Shown: piece by piece, positions 9,382 through 19,200 of the stretch
Layout: every line of letters starts with the position of its first letter
Position numbering within the stretch: position 1 is the stretch's first letter
Assembly (NCBI GenBank): GCA_049241265.1
Contig: JBMLRA010000296.1
Span: forward strand, 4,238-68,237
DNA length: 64,000 bases
Reading direction: 5' to 3'
Origin: Chitinophagaceae bacterium
Lineage (GTDB): Bacteria; Bacteroidota; Bacteroidia; Chitinophagales; Chitinophagaceae
Notes under the pieces: generated by a model
Seen by the model: the letters and a program-made list of their open reading frames with translations, nothing else
Databases searched by the model: none
What the model was told of the DNA's origin: nothing
Position numbers and translations under genes: made by a program

Positions 9382-10330
9382 TTTGCTTGTGTTTCTTTTT
9401 TAATTTAAATGGATACAACACAAAATAACCAATAATAAAAACAGTTGATGCCAGCAAAATTGAAATATTAATCCACAAAGGCATACTGTTATAGTGGCGT
9501 GTAACAAAACCTTCAAAAAAAGCTGCAATCATTAGTATTGGAACTACTCCTATAAAAATTTTCATTCCTTCTTTAGCACCCAATTTAAAGCCATCTAATC
9601 TAGAAAGTTCACCTGGAAAAAGCCATCCTTTACCAAGTACAATACCAGAAGCAGCAGCAATAACTATTGCAGATAATTCTAATATGCCGTGTATCATTAC
9701 TGCCAAAATAAACTGATTACCCAAGCCACGTATATAAAAAAACTCATCAAAAACACCAACCATCATAGCGTTTTGAACAAGGTATTGAATAGTGAAAAAA
9801 GGGAATAACAATCCTCTTAAAAAAAACATAAATGCTACTTCAATATTATGAAGCATAATACTAATCCACATAGAAAATTCCTTTTCAGTTTGATAAATTC
9901 CAAAAGGGTTGCCATCGGCTATATTTTTTTCAGTTTGCCTAACATAGCTATCTCCTAAAATATCTCTTACAATACTTTCATCCTTCATTGCACTATAAAA
10001 ACCCACCACATAAAAAAGCATAAAACATATAAAACAAATCAATAGTACTTTATGATGTTTAGCAACAGCCAATGGCAAGTCTTCAGTAAAAAATTGTAGA
10101 ATTCTGTTTTTTTCTTCCCTCCTGTTTTTATAAATAGAAAGGTATCTTTTTGAAGCTTCAGTATTAAGAAAAGTAGTTGTTTTACTAGCGGGATAAAAGG
10201 TTTTGCTGTAGCCCAAATCATCTACCAATTGAGTAAATTCTCCTGCCATTTCATCAATATCATCGGCAGGCAAATGCACCATTTTTTCCCAACGGCCTTT
10301 ATTTTTTTTAATAAAAAGTGCTTCTCTCAA
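9371..10330 (-). CDS. Stage II sporulation protein M (SpoIIM)-like integral membrane protein
   Basis: 319 aa and multi-TM. It carries the motifs HNIEVAFMFF, HGILELSAIVIAAASG and AAFFEGFVTRH, characteristic of the SpoIIM/DUF95 family. Confidence 0.7.
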   Translation of the reverse strand: MREALFIKKNKGRWEKMVHLPADDIDEMAGEFTQLVDDLGYSKTFYPASKTTTFLNTEASKRYLSIYKNRREEKNRILQFFTEDLPLAVAKHHKVLLICFICFMLFYVVGFYSAMKDESIVRDILGDSYVRQTEKNIADGNPFGIYQTEKEFSMWISIMLHNIEVAFMFFLRGLLFPFFTIQYLVQNAMMVGVFDEFFYIRGLGNQFILAVMIHGILELSAIVIAAASGIVLGKGWLFPGELSRLDGFKLGAKEGMKIFIGVVPILMIAAFFEGFVTRHYNSMPLWINISILLASTVFIIGYFVLYPFKLKKKHKQIAE

Positions 10331-10436
10331 CTGTTAATTTTTGCGAAAATTAGGGGATTTATTTGTTACTAAAAAATGCGTAGTTGGTGTTTTATAAAAT
10401 GATGATTTATTAGTTCAGATTTTAATAAAAAATTTT

Positions 10437-10474
10437 AAAAAAAAACAGCCTGATTTATAAACAAATCAGGCTGT
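10437..10474 (-). terminator. Rho-independent terminator after the E1-beta gene
   Basis: Perfect 12-bp stem ACAGCCTGATTT / AAATCAGGCTGT (10445..10456, 10463..10474) with a 6-nt loop. It is flanked by a run of 9 A on the plus strand, which is a U-run on the minus transcript. Confidence 0.7.
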
Positions 10475-10493
10475 GTTTATTAGTTTAAATAGT

Positions 10494-11480
10494 TTATTTC
10501 TTAATGTACATTACCTCTTTAATCAATTTTACGGTTCTTTCAACATCTGGTATGGCAAGTGCTGCAAGGTTGGGTGCATAGTGCATTGGTGCATCGGCAC
10601 TTGTTATTCTTCTAATAGGTGCATCTAAATAATCAAATGCTTCTTTTTGTATTCTATAAGTAATTTCACTGCTTACACTAGCAAATGGCCATTGTTCTTC
10701 AACTATTACAAGACGATTTGTTTTTTTAACACTCTCCAATATTGTTCTCCAATCAAGTGGGCGTATTGTTCTTAAATCAATAACTTCGGCACTAATTCCT
10801 TCTTTTTCTAACTCTTCAGCTGCTGCCAATGCCACTTTCATCATTTTATTATAAGCAACTATAGTAACATCTCTACCAGCACGTTTAACATCAGCTTTTC
10901 CTATTTCAATGTAGTATTCTTCTTCTGGCACATCACATTTGTCGCCATACATCAACTCACTTTCCATAAAAATAACTGGGTCTTCCTCGTAGCGAATAGC
11001 TTGTTTTAATAACCCTTTTGCATCGTATCCATTACTTGGAGAAATAACTTTTAACCCAGGAATATTTGCATAGTAGCTTTCAAATGCTGTGCTGTGTTGA
11101 GCTCCAAGCTGTCCTGCACTTCCATTACCACCTCTAAAAACAATAGGGCAGCTTATTTGTCCACCACTCATCGCAAGCATTTTACTGGCAGTATTTAATA
11201 TTTGATCCATAGGTAAAACTGCAAAGTTCCAAGTCATAAATTCAACTATAGGGCGTAAACCATTTTGTGCAGCACCTACAGCAACAGCTGTAAAACCTAG
11301 TTCAGATATAGGTGTATCAATAACTCTTTTTGCACCAAATTCAGCAAGCATACCTTGGCTCACTTTGTAAGCACCATTGTATTCAGCTACTTCCTCTCCC
11401 ATTAAAAACACCCTTTCATCTCGCCTCATTTCCTCACTCATAGCTTCTCTAAGGGCTTCTCTAAATGCAATAGAACGCAT
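10494..11480 (-). CDS. pdhB: Pyruvate (2-oxoacid) dehydrogenase E1 component, beta subunit
   Basis: 328 aa. MRSIAFREALREAMSEEMRRDERVFLMGEEVAEYNGAYKV and the transketolase-like Pyr and C-terminal domains are typical of E1-beta. No E1-alpha gene is adjacent. Confidence 0.85.
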   Translation of the reverse strand: MRSIAFREALREAMSEEMRRDERVFLMGEEVAEYNGAYKVSQGMLAEFGAKRVIDTPISELGFTAVAVGAAQNGLRPIVEFMTWNFAVLPMDQILNTASKMLAMSGGQISCPIVFRGGNGSAGQLGAQHSTAFESYYANIPGLKVISPSNGYDAKGLLKQAIRYEEDPVIFMESELMYGDKCDVPEEEYYIEIGKADVKRAGRDVTIVAYNKMMKVALAAAEELEKEGISAEVIDLRTIRPLDWRTILESVKKTNRLVIVEEQWPFASVSSEITYRIQKEAFDYLDAPIRRITSADAPMHYAPNLAALAIPDVERTVKLIKEVMYIKK

Positions 11481-11670
11481 AATAATTTTAATTTTTTAAG
11501 TGAGTGGCAAATATAGTATAACAGTGTATATGGGATTATGAAAAAATAGAATTCGATTGCAAAACAAAACTTGTAATATTAATTGTTTCTGTTGTTGCTA
11601 AAATTATTCAATCTTTTTTGTTAAGTGACAGGTGAAAACAAACTAGAATAATAAATGATTTTATTGTAGT

Positions 11671-12555
11671 TTAAAAGTCATTATCGATATAAAACTTGTT
11701 TTCTTCAATTAATACACCGTCTTCGTAAAGTTTAAAGTAAAACAAACCAGCGTGTGTAAAATTACTTTTTTCAAGTATCAATTTCTCTTGTTTAACTTGC
11801 TTAATACTAAATATTTCGTGGTTACTTTCATCAAAAAAAATAATTTGATACTTGTGCTGTTTTGCTTTGGATAATACGATCTGCAGATAACCTTTATCGG
11901 TGGTAAATATGTTTGTAGATGCTTTCCATAAAGGCTTGGGCACAAATGGTTTCCAAATAATAATATCATTATCATAAGAAAATAAGGTATCTTTTGTTTT
12001 AGTAGCTATAGAATCTTTAAACCTGTAAAATTTCACCTCATCCAGTACTTTCACAAGAGAATCTGTACTTCTTTTATAAACACTAAAAATTCGTTTTGCA
12101 GGTAATGCCCCAGGATTGGGTGGTGTTATTAAGTTTACAGGTTTTGATGTGCTGTCGATTATTTGATTAGTTCTTTTAACCTCACTAGCTGTTGGCTTAG
12201 GCTTAATGAATGTTTGTTGTGTATACTTTGGTACTGACTTTGATTCTGTAAAGAAATAATTACCATCGTCTAACACAAAGAAAATTCTATAGTAGGTTTT
12301 AATTTGAGGTATGTAATTATTATCAATATATCCGTTTTGTGGAAGCTCGGGAGATGGTGTTGAAAAAACTGTTTGAAAGAACCTTAAACTGTCGTAAGAC
12401 TTTTGAATTGATAATTGTATACAGTTTGTAAAAGGGTTTGTCCAACTTATTTGAGCTTTTTCTCCTTTTAAAGTAACCAAACTAAATTTTGGAAGAGTAT
12501 CTTGCGAAAAAGATTTTAAGCAAAAGAATAATAAAACTGGGATTATTTTTTTCAT
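11671..12555 (-). CDS. Hypothetical secreted protein
   Basis: The ORF is open to 12648, but the internal Met at 12555 gives a clean signal peptide (MKKIIPVLLFFCLKSFSQ) and removes the overlap with the upstream gene. I recognise no motif. Confidence 0.5.
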   Translation of the reverse strand: MKKIIPVLLFFCLKSFSQDTLPKFSLVTLKGEKAQISWTNPFTNCIQLSIQKSYDSLRFFQTVFSTPSPELPQNGYIDNNYIPQIKTYYRIFFVLDDGNYFFTESKSVPKYTQQTFIKPKPTASEVKRTNQIIDSTSKPVNLITPPNPGALPAKRIFSVYKRSTDSLVKVLDEVKFYRFKDSIATKTKDTLFSYDNDIIIWKPFVPKPLWKASTNIFTTDKGYLQIVLSKAKQHKYQIIFFDESNHEIFSIKQVKQEKLILEKSNFTHAGLFYFKLYEDGVLIEENKFYIDNDF

Positions 12556-12583
12556 TCTAAAGCAAATATAATTGTATGGTCTA

Positions 12584-13480
12584 TTAAAATAAAAGAGTTC
12601 CTTTCGGCAGTGAGAGGTTGCCTTGTAAACCCCCACAATGAATAACAAGAAGTTTACTATCGTTGTTGAAATAATTATTTGAAATTAAATCTTCAACTGC
12701 ATAAAATAATTTAGCTGTATAAACTTTATCGGTAGGAATTTTTTCTTTTTGCCAAAAATTATTCATCCAATTCAAAAGCTTCTCAGGAGATTTGGCATAA
12801 CCTCCAAAATGATATTCATTCAATATTTCAAACATTTTGCTTTTAAACCTATCATCTAGCAAATCAATAATATCATTTTTAATTTCAGTGTACCCTTTCA
12901 ATACATTGATGCCGATTACTTTTTGATATGGGAATGATGATTGTATAATACCTGCAATCATTGTTCCAGTTCCACAAGCACAAATTATATGCGTATAAGT
13001 TTTTATGTCAAAAACACTATCTAATATTTCTGTGGATCCTTTTACACCCAAACTTCCACAACCACCTTCTGGGATAATATAATATCCTTTATTTAAATAA
13101 TATTCCTCTAATGTTTTTTTGTTTTGATATTCCTCTCTACTTGTAAAATATAATTCCATTCCATAATCTCTTGCTTGTTGCAATGTGTGTGAAATAGTCT
13201 TTGGCTCTTCACCCCTGATAATACCAATAGTTTCAAAACCTTGAGATTTACTTGCAAAAGCTGTAGCAACAATATGATTTGAATATGCACCACCAAAAGT
13301 TACAATCTTTTTATAGCCTTTTTCTTCAGCATCCTCTATATAATATTTCAATTTAAACCACTTATTACCCGAAACAATTGGATGGAGTAAATCCAACCTT
13401 AAAACATCAACTTTTGACCCAAGCATTTCTGAAAATTTGCTAATAGATTGGATTGGGGGTATTGTTATTTGATTATCCAT
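12584..13480 (-). CDS. PLP-dependent ACC deaminase / D-cysteine desulfhydrase family protein
   Basis: 298 aa with the lysine motif SGNKWFKLKYY, FGGAYSNH and a glycine loop ACGTGTM. These are typical of the Trp-synthase-beta-like ACC deaminase family. Confidence 0.75.
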   Translation of the reverse strand: MDNQITIPPIQSISKFSEMLGSKVDVLRLDLLHPIVSGNKWFKLKYYIEDAEEKGYKKIVTFGGAYSNHIVATAFASKSQGFETIGIIRGEEPKTISHTLQQARDYGMELYFTSREEYQNKKTLEEYYLNKGYYIIPEGGCGSLGVKGSTEILDSVFDIKTYTHIICACGTGTMIAGIIQSSFPYQKVIGINVLKGYTEIKNDIIDLLDDRFKSKMFEILNEYHFGGYAKSPEKLLNWMNNFWQKEKIPTDKVYTAKLFYAVEDLISNNYFNNDSKLLVIHCGGLQGNLSLPKGTLLF

Positions 13481-13527
13481 TTTGTATTCGATTGCACAAA
13501 ACTATTGTTACACTAACCACTATACCC

Positions 13528-13535
13528 TATTTTTG
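13528..13535 (+). promoter_or_regulatory. Candidate Bacteroidota -7 promoter box (TAnnTTTG)
   Basis: TATTTTTG at 13528..13535, 18 nt upstream of the ATG at 13553. This is motif match only. Confidence 0.35.
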
Positions 13536-13552
13536 CCAAGATTTTTTAAAAT

Positions 13553-14455
13553 ATGCAACCAACATTAGTAATTCTTGCAGCAGGTATGGCTAGCCGTTAT
13601 GGTAGTATGAAGCAGGTGCAGTCGTTTGGACCATCTGGAGAAACTATAATGGAATATTCCATCTACGATGCTATCAGAGCAGGATTTGGAAAAGTAGTTT
13701 TTATTATTAGAGAAGAATTTGCTGAGGGTTTTAAAAATAATTTTGAGCCTAAACTCAATGGGAAAATTAAAACAGGTTATGTTTATCAACAATTAACTAG
13801 TTTCACCGGTAATAGAGTAATTCCTGCTGAAAGAACAAAGCCTTGGGGTACTGCACATGCAGTACTTTGCTGTAAAGGATTTATTAATGAACCTTTTGCT
13901 GTAATTAATGCTGACGATTTTTATGGTGAAGATGCTTTTAAAAAAGCCTATCATTTTTTAACTGTTGAATGCAATCAATCAACTTATGGACTAATTGGGT
14001 ACGAGTTAAAAAATACATTAAGCGAAAATGGAAGTGTTAGTCGTGGGGTTTGCAAATTAGATGACAGCAATAATTTGATAGAAATAAATGAAAGAACTAA
14101 AATTTTTGAAACCGAAAACGGCGAAATAGTTTTTGAAGATGAAACTGGTTTACATCCATTGCATAATGATGATAATGTTAGTATGAATTTTATATGTTAC
14201 CATACTAGTGTTATTGACTTATGTGAAAAACAGTTTGAAGAATTTTTAGATAAAAATATTGCAACTCCAAAGTCAGAGTTTTTTTTACCAGCTATTACAA
14301 ATCATTTTATACAAAGCAAAATGGGTAATGTAAAAGTGATTCCTACAAACTCAAAATGGTTTGGGGTTACTTATAAAGAAGATGCTCCAGGTGTTAAAGC
14401 AAGTCTTGATAAAATTATAAATGATGACCACTACCCTTCAAATCTTTGGGCATAA
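13553..14455 (+). CDS. Sugar-phosphate nucleotidyltransferase family protein
   Basis: N-terminal LAAGMASRYGSMKQV (the nucleotide-binding G-x-G-x-R loop), then PWGTAHAV and INADDFYG motifs of the NTP_transferase fold. Confidence 0.7.
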   Translation: MQPTLVILAAGMASRYGSMKQVQSFGPSGETIMEYSIYDAIRAGFGKVVFIIREEFAEGFKNNFEPKLNGKIKTGYVYQQLTSFTGNRVIPAERTKPWGTAHAVLCCKGFINEPFAVINADDFYGEDAFKKAYHFLTVECNQSTYGLIGYELKNTLSENGSVSRGVCKLDDSNNLIEINERTKIFETENGEIVFEDETGLHPLHNDDNVSMNFICYHTSVIDLCEKQFEEFLDKNIATPKSEFFLPAITNHFIQSKMGNVKVIPTNSKWFGVTYKEDAPGVKASLDKIINDDHYPSNLWA

Positions 14456-14468
14456 AAATTAAAAAAAA

Positions 14469-14498
14469 GCAGCACAAAAATCAGTGCTGTTTTTTTTA
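14469..14498 (+). terminator. Rho-independent terminator
   Basis: Stem CAGCAC / GTGCTG with an 8-nt loop, followed by a run of 7 or more T. Confidence 0.6.
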
Positions 14499-14580
14499 TC
14501 CGTCAATTTGTCTATAAATAATCCACCGCACCATTTTTGTTTATCAAATCCCATTATCTTTCGCTCCTGAAATTATTAAA

Positions 14581-15273
14581 ATGAATATACAAAACGAATT
14601 TGAAAAATATGCTGTAAAGCATCAAGGAATTGGTAGTAATGTATTGCACCAATACAAAGCAAAATTTAACCCTACAAACCTTACCCCATACATTATTGAA
14701 GAACGTCCATTAAACATTGCACAAATGGATGTATTTAGTAGATTAATGATGGATAGAATTATTTTTTTGGGTCAGGGAATTGATGATTATGTTGCCAACA
14801 TTATTACAGCACAAATGCTATTTTTAGAAAGTGCAGATAGAACTAGAGATATTCAAATGTATATCAACAGTCCTGGTGGTAGTGTATATGCTGGTATGGG
14901 TGTCTATGATACTATGCAATTTATTAGTCCAGATGTTAGTACAATTTGTACAGGTATGGCTGCAAGTATGGGACAAATTTTACTGTGTGCAGGTGTTAAA
15001 GGCAAAAGAACAGCATTAAAACATAGTAGAATTATGATTCACCAACCAAGTGGTGCAATTGGTGGTCAAGCAAGTGATATTGAAGTTACCGCTAGAGAAA
15101 TAAAGAAATTGAAACAAGAACTTTATGAGATAACAGCCAATCATACTGGCAAATCTGTTGAACAAATAGCTAAAGACAGCGATCGTGATTTTTGGATGAC
15201 AGCTTTAGAAGCAAAAGAATATGGTTTAGTTGATGAAGTTTTATTAATGAATCCAAGAAAAGCGAATAAGTAA
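14581..15273 (+). CDS. clpP: ATP-dependent Clp protease proteolytic subunit (canonical type)
   Basis: 230 aa with the axial-loop region PYIIEERPLNIAQMDVFSRLMMDRIIFLG and the catalytic Ser in GMAASMG. The His lies in IMIHQPS and the Asp in DSDRDFWM. Confidence 0.92.
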   Translation: MNIQNEFEKYAVKHQGIGSNVLHQYKAKFNPTNLTPYIIEERPLNIAQMDVFSRLMMDRIIFLGQGIDDYVANIITAQMLFLESADRTRDIQMYINSPGGSVYAGMGVYDTMQFISPDVSTICTGMAASMGQILLCAGVKGKRTALKHSRIMIHQPSGAIGGQASDIEVTAREIKKLKQELYEITANHTGKSVEQIAKDSDRDFWMTALEAKEYGLVDEVLLMNPRKANK

Positions 15274-15368
15274 CTACGAAGTGCTATTTTAGAACTAGTA
15301 TTTATTTTGATTATTAATTATTAAAAAATATAGATTATGAACTGTAGTCTATAGAATAAAAAAATTAT

Positions 15369-15980
15369 ATGATACATTTTAACGACGAAGACGAAAACCC
15401 TAAAGAGGAGAAGCAAGATCAACCAATTGGTGGTTTGTTAAGTAAAAAAATGGAGCAAATGTTTTTTGAAAAACGCTCTATCTATTTTTGGGGACCAGTT
15501 GATGATAAAAGTGCTAAGGAAATAGTTACCAAACTACTTTTATTGGATGCCGACAAACCTGGCGAAGAAATAAAGTTCTATATTAATAGCCCTGGTGGTG
15601 TTGTTACTAGCGGTATGGTAATTTACGATACTATTAAATTAATACAATCACCAGTTAGTACAATTTGTATGGGATTAGCTGCTAGTATGGGTTCTATACT
15701 TTTGAGTTGTGGTGCAAAAGGGAAGAGATTCATATTCCCAAGTGGAGAAGTGATGATTCACCAACCTAGTTTAAGTGGTTATTTTCAAGCTACAAGTGCA
15801 GATATTGAAATACAAGCTGAACAAATTAGAAAAACAAAATACCTTGGTGCTAAAATTCTTGCTGAAAATTGTGGCAAAACCATAGAACAAATTTTGCAAG
15901 ACTTTGATAGAGATTATTGGATGGATGCGAATGAAGCTGTTGCCTATGGGATTGTTGATGCAGTACTAAATAAGATATAA
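15369..15980 (+). CDS. Second ClpP paralog with divergent acidic N-terminus
   Basis: 203 aa with the triad motifs GLAASMGS, VMIHQPS and DFDRDYWM present. The N-terminus (MIHFNDEDENPKEEKQDQ...EKRSIYFWGPVDD) lacks the PxxxE axial-loop motif seen in the upstream paralog. Confidence 0.85.
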   Translation: MIHFNDEDENPKEEKQDQPIGGLLSKKMEQMFFEKRSIYFWGPVDDKSAKEIVTKLLLLDADKPGEEIKFYINSPGGVVTSGMVIYDTIKLIQSPVSTICMGLAASMGSILLSCGAKGKRFIFPSGEVMIHQPSLSGYFQATSADIEIQAEQIRKTKYLGAKILAENCGKTIEQILQDFDRDYWMDANEAVAYGIVDAVLNKI

Positions 15981-15997
15981 ACTAATTATAATAAATG

Positions 15998-16032
15998 AAA
16001 GAGGTTGTCCCTACAGGACAACCTCTTTTTTT
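15998..16032 (+). terminator. Rho-independent terminator after the clpP pair
   Basis: Perfect 10-bp GC-containing stem GAGGTTGTCC / GGACAACCTC with a 5-nt loop, followed by 7 T. Confidence 0.8.
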
Positions 16033-16212
16033 AACATCATTATTGTAGAGCTAATTTGTTTATTTGAATCTTGGAAATTTTGATATTTCTCAATAAATGA
16101 TTTCCAAAGAATTATTTCGTACAAATAAAAATACGAATTATTGAAATTAAAAGCTATATTACATTTTTATTCCAAAATTGTGTTTTAAATCAAGTAAAAT
16201 CAAAACAATGCT

Positions 16213-19200
16213 ATGAAAAAAAATATCATTATAGTTCTATTAATTCTTTCATTTAGCAACTTATTGGGTCAAAATAACAAAATAGCACCTGCATTTAAAT
16301 ACTTGCTTACACACCCGTACAATGCAGAAACAGCAGCTAGTTATCCAGCATTATATCATACTGAAACAGTAAATGGATTAGATGCTACAACTGGTTTATA
16401 TGCTCCAGGATATATGTGTATTATCTATACTACCAATCCAACAGCACTCATAAAAAAAGGAATAGTTATTCAATCAGTTTTACCAAAATTTGTAACAGCG
16501 TGGATTCAATTGCATCAAATAACTAGTATAGCTGCAATGGAAGATGTAAAATATATTGATGCACCCAAAGTAATTATGCCAAGCAACGATATTTCTGTTG
16601 GCACTAGTGGTGCAGCATTATTACATTCTGGCAATTTAAATAATACAACTTACAAAGGAGATGGTGTTATTGTTGGAGTTTATGATACTGGTATTGACTG
16701 GCTACATTTAGATTTTAGAAGCCCATCAGATACCACAAAAAGTAGAATACTTCGCATTTGGGATCATACCATCACTCCTATTAATAGCGAAATTTCACCA
16801 ACAGGTTTTACCTATGGAGTTGAATATACACAAACACAAATAAATGATGAGTTAGATGGAACGCCAACAGGCTTTGTTAGAGAAAGAGATTATAACCAAC
16901 ACGGCACACACGTCACTGGCACTGCTGCTGGTAATGGTGCTAGTTTAGCATCCAGAAAATTTAGTGGAATTGCACCTAATGCTGATATAGTAGTTGTAAA
17001 AGGTGGCAATAGTTTTTTTAATTATCCTAGCCAAATTGATGCTATGACTTATTTTAAAAACATAGCCAATTTTTATAATAAACCACTAGTAGTAAATATG
17101 AGTATTGGGGGACAATTTGGAGCTCACGATGGTACAGCACCAAACGAAGTAGCAGTTGATAATTTTTCTAACTCGGGCGATGGAAGAGTTGCAGTAATAG
17201 CAGCAGGAAACGATAATGGCAAAACGTTTCACAAACGATTAGCTTTGAACAGTAATTCTAATGGGAATATTATTATAAACCTACCAGCTGCATCTGGCAC
17301 AACTGCTGTTGATTTATTTCAATTCTCATTGTATGTAAACGATACAAGTGCAGTAACTGCAACTCTTACAGATCCTAATGGCGGTATGATTGTTACTAAT
17401 CCTAATCAAAACATTATTGCTCCTGCAATGAATAATAATGCAACAGTTTACTTTGATAATGAAATTGATATTGAAAGTGGCGATAGACTTATAAATGTTT
17501 ATATAACTAGAAAAACAGCTTCAACAAATGCATCAGGCACGTGGACATTAAACATCAATAACATAAGTACTAACAACATTACTATGGACGGATGGTTAAA
17601 CTTTAGAGGTGCAGATTATGGCAGCACTTCTATTGCAGGTGCAGATGGCAATTATCAAATACATTCTCCAGGATGTGCCAACTCTGCTATTACAGTTGCA
17701 TCGTACGTTGGTAAATTAGATTGGTATTCTACTTCAACTACATCGCCTGGTGGTTATGCATTTAGTGGTACGCAACAAGACAATATTTCTACTTTTAGTT
17801 CTATTGGCCCACGTAGAGATGATGTATTAAAACCTACCATTGCAGCCAATGGTCAAGGGGTTATTTCTTGCACTTCATTAAATGCTGCAATTTCATTAAG
17901 TTCAACATCAGTAGTAGTCGCAAATAAATATCACATTTTATCAGGCACAAGTATGGCAACGCCTGAGGTAGCAGGATGTGTAGCATTATTGCTACAAGTT
18001 AAAAATAATGCTACTTATAACGAAATAAAAAACGCTATAACTAATACTGCCACGAAGGATATTTTCACAACATCAAGTAACAATCCTATTTGGGGTTATG
18101 GTAAAATTGATGTGTTTAGTGCTGCTTCCACATTAGCAACTTGTACTACTTTCAAAAGAGCAACATACAGCTATGATTCATCTACAACTAGTAGCAATAA
18201 TTCATCATTTAGTTTAGGGGCAGCCAAAGCAGCAACAAGGTTTACACCAACAATTAATGGTAAATTGGGAGGTGTTTATTTTAAAACAGGAACTGCTATA
18301 CCAACCAATGGTTTTACAATTGAAGTTAGAACAAATAGTTCTGGCAACCCTGCAACCCTATTAGGTTCTATGAGTATAGCAACATCATCTATTGCAAAAT
18401 TTTCTTGGAATTATTATGATGTAAGTTCATTGAATATTACAGTTACAAATGGTACAGATTATTTTGTTGTTTTAGTACCAGGAACTGGTGATAGCTGGAA
18501 TTTGGGGTACGAAAATTTATCTAATAGTGGTCGTTCTTTTTACAGTAATGGAGCATCTTGGACAGCATATAACGATTTTAGAATTAGAACAGTTATTTAT
18601 GATAATTCTGTTCCATCAAATTCATCTACCACAAATCTAAGAATTTGCAATTCCGAACTCCCATACAATTGGAATGGGTTAACCTTTACTAATGCTGGTT
18701 CTCAAACTGCACACCTAACAAATATTGCTGGTTGCGATAGTGCTGCAACTTTAAATTTATTAGTAAAAGTAAATAGCAGTTCATCAACAAACCTCACCAT
18801 CAATTCTACACAATTACCATATAGTTGGAATGGATTAATATTTACAGTTGCTGGTTCTCAAACTGCTCATTTAATCAATGCTTTGGGTTGCGATAGTGCA
18901 GCTAGTTTAAATTTAAGTGTTAATACAAATATTGCACTAGCTATTACAGGCCCAAATAGTGTTTGTGTTAACTCATCAATTACTTTAAATACCAATATTG
19001 CTGGTGGTGTTTGGAGCAGTGTTGCTGGTAGAGCTACAGTTAGTGCTTTAGGTGTTGTAACAGGTACTAGTGCTGGAACAGCTACAATAACTTATGTGGT
19101 TACAAATAATGGCGTTGTAAAATCTGCCTCTTACAATGTTGTTGTTAATGGCATACCAGCAGTACCATTAATTGCCTATGCAGCAGGTAGCAACAATCCA

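Noticed and set aside
12556-12648. N-terminal extensions offered by the track for several genes (12648, 25176, 23023, 2831, 40933, 46049, 58458)
   Set aside because: The extensions begin at TTG or at upstream Met codons and overlap neighbouring genes or precede a clean signal peptide or family N-terminus. Internal ATG starts fit better, and all remain unverified without RBS or proteomic data.
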